DNA of 64,000 nt from NCBI RefSeq assembly GCF_018350175.1, contig NC_058368.1, positions 172,424,001-172,488,000 of the forward strand, given 5' to 3'. The notes under the pieces were generated by a model. That model saw only the letters and a program-made list of their open reading frames with translations, had not been told where the DNA came from and did no database searches. This DNA is from Felis catus (Eukaryota). Positions within the stretch are counted from its first letter, which is position 1. Each line of letters opens with the position of its first letter. Below, one piece after another: positions 26,166 to 36,161 of the stretch. Made by a program: the position numbers and the translations under genes.

Positions 26166-28394
26166 GTCAATCCTCCAACTATTGCCCGTGATAAACTGAC
26201 CTGACATTTAGGGTCCACAAGTATGACCCGCACATACCCCCTTGCCTTACAAATTCTCTTACACATACCCTAATTGAAAACATGTCCAAAAACTAAAAAA
26301 TAACTACCCTTACTGTCTATGGCAACTACCAGATCTGCAGGGAAACTGGGACAAGGGGAGACAGAGGGGCAACTAAATCACTGAACCTAGAAAGAAGACC
26401 CCAGAGAAGTTAAGAAATGATCAGAAAATTTTCTCTCCCTTTTCTCAGTGTCTGCTCAAGGATATGATTGGGCAGAAGCTTATTTCCTCAGGGACAAAAC
26501 GGTGTTCCATAATGCTCAAGTATTACCGCTCCAACTAACGCGGGGGCCACGAAGCACCCTCCACCCTTCCCTTTGGCCACAAGTTTTCTAAGGAGTATAT
26601 CGGAGTGGATACAAGTAGGCAAGGAACCCCCCTAACTCTGGGTTCAACTAATGCCCTCCCCTGATCACCCCAACACCAGGAAAGTCCTCTCTCTCTCTCT
26701 AGCCAGTATCCTAGCCACCTTCATCCTAAACCTGGAATTCATTCTGAAAACAAAAGGAAACAACAACACACTTCAGGTAAGGAGAATTAATGCTGCCACA
26801 AAGAAATAATGTGAAAGACCAGGGAAAGACTTTCTGCAGGACAAACATCTTTAAGTTTTTGATTTTTAAGTGACCTTACGAGGTAAGTCACAGGTTTCTC
26901 CTTAAATAGGGTTTCTCCTGGGTCCTTGGTCCTAGCAGGGCCCTAGGTTCTATTTTTGATGTGAACTTCTCCCTGCTTGTAAAACTGGCAAAAATCACGT
27001 AGGTCTTCCTGCCTCTTTCCTTAACCTCTTGTTTTCAAGTTACGTCCTCCCCCTCTTAGCATCTCCTCACCTTGTAAACCACAAGAGAATCCACCAGGAT
27101 TAGGAAATGCCTCTACCTCATTCACCAACACCTCCAAATGCTACTCTAAATCCTAGCAGGGACAACACACAGAGCACACAGAGCACCAGGCAAGGGCCCA
27201 GGGCATTCACTGCTGGATACCAGCTGTAGACCCACTCAGGTTTCCCCGTCTATGCCCCCCCCCCCTCCTTCCCCATCTCCAGCCCTCTCCCACAGCCAGG
27301 GCCGCATCCTTTCATTTTTCCTTCATCCTCGGTAATCTGACATCACCTCTGTCTGCCTTCCGGCTGTTTTTACACTGGTCTCCTTTTCTTCCCCTTTCCT
27401 CTCTTCAGCCATACTCAAGAAGCACAGACTATTTATTCTACTTTTGCCCCATAAATAGCTCAGTGATGATGTTAGGAGGAAAACCTACAGCCACCAAGAC
27501 TCCTGCTGTAGACATCGGTCACACAGAATCCTCCTCTCCTCTCTTTTGAGCATCCACTCAAAAGAATACTTTTCAGGTATTCAAAGCGGGGGGGGGGGGC
27601 GCTCAGGGGCATGCGGGGGGGGGGAAGAGGGGTTGTGCCCGAGGCATCCCTAAAGTCATCAAAAAAAAAAGGTGGCTTTGAGCATCTCACCGCTGACATA
27701 TTTGCATACCGTTTGATGTAGTTTTAATTTCAAAGACAGTCTCAAACACTCAAGTGGGTATGTTACAGTGAGAGCCAGGAATTGCAAATGCGCTTGCCTC
27801 AAAGACTCAGGAGTCCAGTCCAGGGCAGGAAATAAAGTTCTAAGCGGCTTTGATGTGCTTCCTCCCCACTCCCCTCCCCAGCGTGGGTCATTCATCTCCG
27901 CCGACGAGAGACCACCTTGCCCGAACTTAACCAAACGCATTACACGTGGGAGCCAAGTGGTAGATTTAACAATCCAATGAGCTCCGCAGCCCCACCAAAT
28001 TAGTTACCAACGGCTTCGGCTCAGCTTGGGATCCCCGACTGCTAAGAAAAGGAATGTTGAGCCTAAACCTGAGGACCCGGGGTAGGAAGGGACGGAGGAC
28101 CCAGATCCGCGGAGAGCAGAAGGTCTTGGCGGCGCGGTGAGAGCTTGTTTCTTTTTTGAGCCACTGATTTCAGACTGAAATATCAAGCCAGTTCAGGTCA
28201 TTTCCTGAGTAGCACTACAAGTTAAAACAAGATCCAAAAAATCTATTAATCTTTAATTGCGCTGCCTCCCGCCTGGGAGCACGAGGTGGGTAGGGCGCAG
28301 GGGTGTAGGACTGGGGGCGACCGGGAGGGACCGGCCGTTTGTCGGAAACCAAATGCCTGAGAAGCCAGAGCTCGCGACCTCAGCTGTTCCTTAC

Positions 28395-28451
28395 CTCACT
28401 CAGTTCCGCCGAGGAGTCGTTTCCATATTTCAGGGCAACTCCAGAATTCAT
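28395..28451 (-). CDS. MCC: First coding exon of the short isoform of MCC (mutated in colorectal cancers, WNT-signalling regulator)
   Basis: Minus strand reads ATG AAT TCT GGA GTT GCC CTG AAA TAT GGA AAC GAC TCC TCG GCG GAA CTG AGT GAG|GTAAGG = MNSGVALKYGNDSSAELSE. This matches the recalled human MCC N-terminus MNSGVAMKYGNDSSAELSE(LHSAA...). It ends in a canonical phase-0 donor. I recognised no other MCC exon in the window. Confidence 0.93.
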
Positions 28452-28514
28452 GACTGCACTTTTCAGAGCCGAGCTCCTCCTCCTCCTCCAGGTCTCGGAG
28501 CTTCTGAGTTGGGC

Positions 28515-28556
28515 TTACCAGGCTCGATAGCCACCGCTTGGTCCCTTCTGGCACAT
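28515..28556 (-). other. uORF (MCQKGPSGGYRAW-stop) in MCC 5' leader
   Basis: Minus strand ctaaaATGTGC...GCCTGGTAA; its ATG lies 105 nt (35 codons) upstream of the MCC ATG, in frame. Confidence 0.6.
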
Positions 28557-28562
28557 TTTAGT

Positions 28563-28574
28563 CTAGACAGCCAT
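28563..28574 (-). other. uORF (M-A-V-stop) in MCC 5' leader
   Basis: Minus strand gtgaaaATGGCTGTCTAG; A at -3 and G at +4; same frame as the MCC start. Confidence 0.65.
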
Positions 28575-28648
28575 TTTCACCCAAGACAGTGGGGAAGCCC
28601 CAAGGAAGGATGCAAGCTCTCCTGGAAGGCACAGAGCCGGCTGGCGTT

Positions 28649-28663
28649 TCACGGACGAGCCAT
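28649..28663 (-). other. uORF (M-A-R-P-stop) in MCC 5' leader
   Basis: Minus strand gcagcaATGGCTCGTCCGTGA; purine at -3 and G at +4. Confidence 0.6.
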
Positions 28664-30284
28664 TGCTGCAGGAGTCTCGGCGGTGTGGCGCGCTCGCAGC
28701 TGCTGCAGCGGCCGAGCCGGCGCGGGGACCCGCCCGCGCGCTCCCACCGCTGGGTCCCGGGGAACTGCCACCCTCCGAGCCGCCGAGCCGCTCCTACGGG
28801 GCCTCGCCGCCCCCCATTACCAGGCTAGAGGGCACCTCCCAGTAGGATCCGGCACCCCGGAGGGCTTCAGCGAGCTCCCGAAGAAACCAGGGCGGCGGGG
28901 AGAGCGAGACCCGCGCCTCGGGCTCCAGGGAGGGAAAGAAAGCTACAGAAAGCCGGAGCGGGGCTGCACTTCACGCTGAAGTTTCCCTTTTGAATCGTCT
29001 GGAGTTGTAAGTGGTTTCTGATTGAACACAGCTGTCTAGCTGCTCGGTGCGCGGAGAAGGCGGGGCCAGAAAGAGAAAAGAGGCGGGGGGGGGGGGGGGG
29101 GGAGGAGGCCGAGTAGAGGGGACCTTGCCGGGAGAGCAGGCATCCTTCCAGCTCTCTGCGATAGTAATTACAGGACCCAAGTCCAGGAGGAAGAGAAGAA
29201 ACAGAAAAGGCCACCTGAGTATTTGTGCAGAATTTTTTTTTTCAAAATTCCTCCTAGAAGCCCCTTTCCATGATCTAATAAGGTCAAGACAAATCTGACC
29301 ACTTGTACATCAGGCAGCGCTGTGCACTTCTCATGGCACATTAAGATTTTACAAGAGTGTAGGACGGTCATTTCCCCCTGATCTGTCTAAAGTCAACACC
29401 GAGGGTGTAAATTCACTGTGAAACTCCCTCTCTGTCGCTGGGGCAGATTACATTTTCTGCATGTCGATAATAAAGATGAAGATGCCCCATTCCTTGAGAG
29501 GTGTAAAATAGGCTTAAATTTTCCATCCTCCCCAACGCTAGACTGTCGTTTTAAATGTTACATTCTCCATCCTCTTCAACCCCCATACCCTCCTTAAAAA
29601 TCTCACTGCTCATCTGAGCAGAGCTAGGTCCGTATTTCTGGGGTTTGGAGTATGAATCAGAAAAGATTCAATGGACTGTTATATCCAGTAGACTGGTGGA
29701 ATCAGAACTCCCCTCAGTTTTGAGTTTCCCTGAAGTAAAAGCATCCCTGTGTAGGGAGGTGACAGGGAAGGGATTTTTCTCCCCTTAAAGGTTAAAGTCC
29801 CTCTGAACTTGACATACACTGAAAAAATGTTCTGATCCTTCCAACAGTAGGTCTGCAGGATTGCTTAAGAGGCCGCATCAGTCTCTTTCTACACAATGGG
29901 AACAAAATGTCTCCATCTCCAGTGACAGACTTGGCATTTCCTAGAGCCTTCTATGAAAAAGCCATTGTATTGTTAATTTCCAAGGTCTTTTTTTTTTTTT
30001 TTTAACTCAAATAGGATGTTTATTTTGCTCTTTAAGAAGGAGCAAAGAGCTTGACCATTTGCATTTATCTTCTTACCCAGCTGCCTTCCTGGTGAGTTCA
30101 TTCATTGCCTGATAGAGGCACTATTGGGATAAAAAAAAAAGTTTGCTGCTTTGGGGGAGGACTGGGTCCCAAGTTTCGGGGCACTGCCAGACTAGAGCAC
30201 ATTGGGAGAAGCTCTTCTGCATGGGGAGAGGCTAGGAAGCCACATTTATTTTTCTTATTTACTCATTAAAACCTATTGAGAACT

Positions 30285-30660
30285 GGGGCGCCTGGCTGAC
30301 TCAGTCAGTGGAGCATGTAACTCTTGATCTCCAGGTTGTAAGTTCAAGCCCTGTGTTGGGTGTAGACATTACTTAAAAATAAAATCTTTTGGGGCGCCTG
30401 GGTGGCTCAGTCGGTTAAGCGTCCGACTTCAGCTCAGGTCACGATCTCGCGGTCCGTGAGTTCGAGCCCCGCATCAGGCTCTGGGCTGATGGCTCAGAGC
30501 CTGGAGCCTGCTTCTGATTCTGTGTCTCCCTCTCTCTCTGCCCCTCCCCAGTTCATGCTCTGTCTCTCTCTGTCCCAAAAATAAATAAACGTTAAAAAAA
30601 ATTTTTTTTAAATAAAAAAAATAATAAAATCTTTAAAAATCATTAAAAAAAAAAAAACTC
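30285..30660 (+). mobile_element. Short SINE with a young felid CanSINE (about 30391-30622) nested in its tail
   Basis: Inner TSD aataaaatcttt; outer TSD cctattgagaactg. Confidence 0.9.
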
Positions 30661-32900
30661 CTATTGAGAACTGAATGTGTGTTTGAAGATGGAGATGGTG
30701 GTGAAAGACTATAAAAATATAAAGGAGACTCAAACACTAGCCCTGCCCATAAGGTGTTTATAGTGTCATAAAACATAAAGAACATAACAGTTCTGGATAG
30801 AAAATAAAACTTACCATGAAAGCAACACAAATGAAGATCTAGTGCAGTTCAGGGGAGGAAATAGGATTTTGGCTGGACTGAGTTGGAGGAGAACTGTGAA
30901 GGAATCTTAGGAGAGGCAGCATGTGAGTTGATCTCTGGAGGGCGGAGTCCAGCAAAGATAGGGAGTAAGGTGAAGGTACTCCGGACAGAGGGACCATGTG
31001 AAAGAAAATATGGATGGAGGATGGAATGTGCCGGGCGTGTGACAGGAATGGCAGGTGTTCCATTTTGGAGTGGAACCTGGGTTAGGTAAGTGAGTTACAG
31101 CCAGATCATGAACAGTTCTGAGTGACAGGCTAGAGGAATGGGACTATGATAGGCAATGGAGATCCACTAAGGGTTTCTGAGCACAGAAATAATAGGATCA
31201 GAGCTTTGCTTTGAGACATTCCAGTGGATTTGTACCACACTCGTGAGCAACTCACATGAATTCAAATAGACTAGTGTTGAGTGTGATTCTGGTGTTTAAA
31301 GAAACATATTTTTCATACTAGATGGCCCCTAAAACCAAGCAGATGACTTCATCTGGTGTTCAACCAAAAGAAAATGATCTGTTCCAAGACTGAAGGAAAA
31401 ATTGGCAGTGTTGAACTTATTAAGAAGCAGTATGACTGCAGATTCTACTTTATGGACAATATAAGGCATTTTCAAGAGGAAAGTTGAATATATGGAATTT
31501 TCTTCTTAAATAGTGACTTGAATACTTAACCACCACAGAAGATGCAACTCCATGACAATCTGGCAACAGAGAATGTAAGTTGAAAGTGGGACCTGAACAT
31601 GCCAATGAAACTATCCCAGTAGGTCCAGCAAGAGGCTACAAAGGCCTGAATTAAGTTGGAGCAATGGAAATGGATGGGAGGGGACAGATGGAAGAGATTC
31701 TATAGGAAGAGAGTAGACAGGGGCACCTGGGTGGCTCAGTCAGTTAAGCATCCAACTCTTGATTTCAGCTCAGGTCATGATCCCACAGTCATGGGATCGA
31801 GCCCCACATCAGGCTCCATGCTGATCATGTGGAGCCTGCTTCGGATTCTCTCTGTCCACCCCCCACCACCCCCCCCCCCCGTCTCTGCCCATCCCCTGCT
31901 CATGCACACTTGCACATGCATTTACACGTGCTCTCTCTCAAAATAAATAAAACTTAAAACAAAAATTTTTTAAAGACTCTCTCTCTTTCTCCCTCTACCC
32001 GTCTCCCTTGCTCTATTCTCACTCTCTCTAAAAATAAAACAAATAGGCGTGTCTTTCCTGACAGCTCAGAGCCTGGAGCCTGTTTCGGATTCTGTCTCCC
32101 TCTCTCTCTGCCCCTCCCTCCCTCATGTTCTGTCTCCCTGTCTCTCAAAACTAAATAAACATTAAAAATTTTTTAATTAGGTAAATAAATAAATAAGGAA
32201 GAAAGTAGACAGAGACTGTGGTGGAAGGAGGAGAACTTAAATGTGACTTGTAGATCTACAATGTGGCTGAGTGTGGTTTCAGGCAATGTCCTCAACAAAA
32301 ACAGGGATTCCAAAGAAGGAATAGGTTAGGGAGGAAACTATGTTTGAGATATCATAAGTTTGAAGTGACAACTGGATATTCAAGGGGAGCTGTTCAGCCA
32401 GAAGCTTGCAGGGGAGCTACAGGGATAAATCAGGGTTGAGATGGAGATGAAGGTTTGGGGTTACCCCTATTAAAACAATAAATAAAACCGTGAAATCAAA
32501 TATGGTTGCCAAGGAAGAAAAGACAGGGAAAAGAGGTCTGAGGGCATTCATTATCTTAAGGAAGGTCTTTTCATGGAAGGTAAAAAAAAAAAAAAAAAAA
32601 AAGAGGAACCGGCAGGGAAGGCCAGTTAGCAGAACTAGGGAGATAACCAGAAACTCTGGTCTGGGAGTCTAAGGGAGATGTTGTCAAGGCAAGAGGGCAG
32701 CATCTATATTATAAGCTACAGAGAGAGCAGAAGCCTGAAAACTGATAAAGGGGCACTTCAAAGACATTAATGTCCATCGAAGAGAAATTTCTACAAAGCT
32801 AAGGAGACGGAATGCAGATTACCAGAGCAAATGAAAAGGACCTGTGATGAGTAACCGTGTACTACTCTTTCCATAAATTTGATGCTGACAGGAACTCAGC
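30660..32900 (-). mobile_element. Fragmented ancient L2, interrupted by an unclassified insert and by SINEs at about 31720-32195
   Basis: L2-like phrases (ggcaatggagatccactaagggtttctgagc, gtccagcaagaggc, ggatattcaaggggagctgttcagc); SINE cluster TSD aggaaga.agtagacag. Confidence 0.55.
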
Positions 32901-35697
32901 AGATGGCATAATTTCTTAGAGTAGGTAAGCAGTACTGAGTAGAGGATAGGAGGGGCATATGTGAAGTCTGGAGATACAGAGAGAGAAGGCGGATGGACCA
33001 GAGTTCCTGAGAAGGGAGGGAAGGACAGAGCCAAGGACCATGAGATTAGCTTTGGATAGGCTTGAGGAGGCAGAGGATTCTGATGCTTCTTCCCAGGAGA
33101 GCAGTAAGGGTTGAGAGAGCTGGAGACTTTACAGACTAGTAGCAAGAAGACTTCAGACATACATACTAACTAATAGCACTTATTGAAGAGCCATCCAACT
33201 TCCCTCTGTGTGATTGTGGAGGGGGTAATGAAGACTAATAACTTGTAATTAAATTTTACTTTAAGGAAAGGAAGACCTGTCGATGCAAGAATAGAATAGT
33301 CATGACCTTGACCTCTGAAATTGTCCAAGAACGGGGGAAGGCTGGTGGGACACACTGAAAGTCATTCAAATGTGGAGAACGGTTTCCAATGAGCTTTTCC
33401 CAATCTAAGATTCCATGAAATGAAGTGTTTTTTTGTTTTGTTTTGTTTTGTTGCTATCATTTAAACATTTTGTTATTTTTCTTAACCTGTTAGTCTAGTC
33501 AGAAATCGAGCTGGGAATCTCTACCATCAAGAAAGCTAAAGATAAGTGCTGTACACAAGATGTCAACTGGGTCAACATCCTAAGTACCTGAGAAATGCAA
33601 GGAGCAGCCCAGCATGTCATCTCAGCACACCAGAGGGGAATAAAGCCCCAAATGCATTTCCAGTATAATAAGAGAAAGGTCTCAAGGTTAGCACTCACCA
33701 TAGTTTACCAAGTATATAACTGAATGCCTACAAATCCTTCCACATTGTGGCCGCCTCAACGTGATACCTCTAGAAGAGCTTCTCCAAGTTCTGCTTCAGC
33801 AGAGAGTCGGCTCCAGTCAGAGGTGTGGGTAGGAGGTGGCAGAGGTGTTTATCAGCATCAGAGAGCAGGGCTGGGAGGAGCAGGAAAACCTGCTTTCTAA
33901 TGGGGCAAGACCCTGAGTTCCCTTCCTTCCTGGGCCTTGTCTTCCCTAAAGGCTAATCTCTTCCCATCTGGTCTCTGGCACAAGAGGCAGCCACAGCCCT
34001 AGGAAAGTTTCTGGGAAAGCAGAGGTTGCCGTTTGCAGGAGTGGATGGGACTGTGTGCTGATCACACACTGTAGCCACACTGGCTTTCTGCTGTTGGGGG
34101 CAGTCTGACCCCTCTATGTATGGCTGCTGACCTTGGTAAGTTTCTATACAGTAGGGATAATATTCTGGGTCTTGTCTGTACTCTCTACTGGTAATGAATA
34201 TCAGATTAATCAAAGAAACCTTAGGCAAAAATCTTGAACCTCCAGCATTAAGGAAATTGACTGAAACTTTGGGGCTGGCTAACCTGAGCCCTCTGTCTCT
34301 ACCCCCCTGGGTATCCAAACCACCCTTGCTTGCATAGCAGTCCTCTGTGCTGGGTCAGGCTTGTCCTCCTCCAGCCCACACAAGAACCCAGACTCCAAAA
34401 CTGTCCCATGCCCCCTTGAGTCTCTCGACCTAAACACAACAGTTGATACCTCAGATTTTAAGAAGAAAGCAGTAGTTAAGCTAATTCACACAAAGGTGAA
34501 AAATAACTCCTAATCTTCTCAACCAAGCCCAAAGCATTTGCATTGGAGAAAGAGAATGCTTTTTAATGATGCTAAAAGGTGGGATTTCTTGAAGAAGAAA
34601 GTTACTTTTCAGGGGAAAGGGAGATTTCAGATCTGTGGGGATTCAGGAAGTCCCAAACCCCTAATTCCTTGAGGGTCATAAAACTCAAACTATACACTCA
34701 AGAATATCCTGCCCTAAATCTTTAAGCCTACCCCACTGTCCCACCCCCATGAGTCCAGAAATGCTCTCCATAACCCAACTCCTATGGCCCCCCTGCTCAA
34801 TCACCAAGCCAGCTTTTCTCTCAGGCACTGGGCCAGGCGTGAGTCCCAGGTTGGGAACCTCCAGACAGCTTTGATGGCCTGCCTCATCACAGACCTCATT
34901 TGCTCCAGGTGCCACAACATAAAGAATTCGGAGAGCATTGCACTGGACAGTCTTTGTCTTGGTCTCCGTGCCCTCAGAGAACAACGTTAACAAACTGGAG
35001 GAAATCCTATAATCACCTAGCTCCGCCCTGCATCCCACTTACCTAGATGACGATATGCAGAGTCAGCAAGTTTGTGTTCATTCAAAAAAAGAAAAACATC
35101 CACTATGTGCCAGACATGGTGCTATGCCTTGGGATTTAGCAGTATATGGGGCAGAAAAAAAATCCTTGCTTGGTGGAAAATGATTATAAACAAAGAATAC
35201 AGCTTGTGATGGGTGTTATCAAGGAATTAAACAGGAGCTGTGATGATGGAGAGCAGGCCCATTAAATGAAGCAATCAGAGATGGTCTCAATGAGGAGATG
35301 ACATTTCAGCATGAAGGTCAAGAAGGAACCAACTAGGCAGAAAGTGGGAGAAGACCAAGCAGTGGGAGCAGCAAGCGCAAAAATTCAGGGGCAAGAAAGG
35401 ACTTGACTTTTCCAATAAATTTCAATAAACTTCAAGTCTGTTATTTAATTTTAAATATTGAGAAAAAGTAGTGTGAAGGAACATGATGAAAAAGATGATG
35501 GAGGAAACAGACCATGCAGAGTATGTGTAGGCCATAGATTTCATTCTGTGTACATGAAGATGCCACAGGAAGACTAATTGGGGCAGAGACATGTTCCAAT
35601 TTACATTTTTAAAAGGTAAATCTATTCCTATACAAACTTTACCACTGGGCAACCTAAAAAATAGACAAAAGAAAGTTCTTGCTTTATAGAAGTATTC

Positions 35698-36161
35698 CTT
35701 TTTTTTTTTTTTAATTTTTTTCAACGTTTTTATTTTTATTTTTGGGACAGAGAGAGACAGAGCATGAACAGGGGAGGGGCAGAGAGAGAGGGAGACACAG
35801 AATCGGAAACAGGCTCCAGGCTCTGAGCCATCAGCCCAGAGCCTGACGCGGGGCTTGAACTCACGCACCGCGAGATCGTGACCTGGCTGAAGTCGGACGC
35901 TTAACCGACTGTGCCACCCAGGCGCCCCAAAGTATTCCTTTTTTTAATGTTTTATTTTACTTATTTTGAGAGAGAGAGAGAAAGAATGTGTGTGCACATG
36001 TGATTGGGGTAGAGGGCGGAGAGACAAGAGAGAATCCCAAGCAGGCCCCATACTGTCAGAGCAGAGCCGAACATGGGGCTCGATCCCACAACCCTGGGAT
36101 TATGACCTGAGCTGAAATCAAGAGTCGGACCCTTAGTCGACTAAACCACCCAGGCGTCCCC
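35698..36161 (-). mobile_element. Two minus-strand CanSINEs (young copy about 35698-35928; older copy about 35940-36161)
   Basis: aagtattcct occurs three times, bracketing both elements. Confidence 0.9.

Larger units (their letters stand above)
28070..29130 (-). promoter_or_regulatory. MCC: CpG island: internal promoter and 5' UTR of short-isoform MCC
   Basis: GC and CpG density rise sharply (peak about 28640-28980) around and upstream of the MCC start exon, with GC-box-like and G-run sequences. The exact transcription start is not determinable. Confidence 0.85.

Noticed and set aside
28257..28979. 240-aa plus-strand ORF
   Set aside because: Non-ATG start, antisense to MCC exon 1, and low-complexity R/G/A/P composition typical of stop-poor CpG islands; no recognisable domain.
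30402..30584. Recurrent MAQSVKRPTSAQV...-type ORFs across the window
   Set aside because: They are translations of CanSINE consensus sequence.
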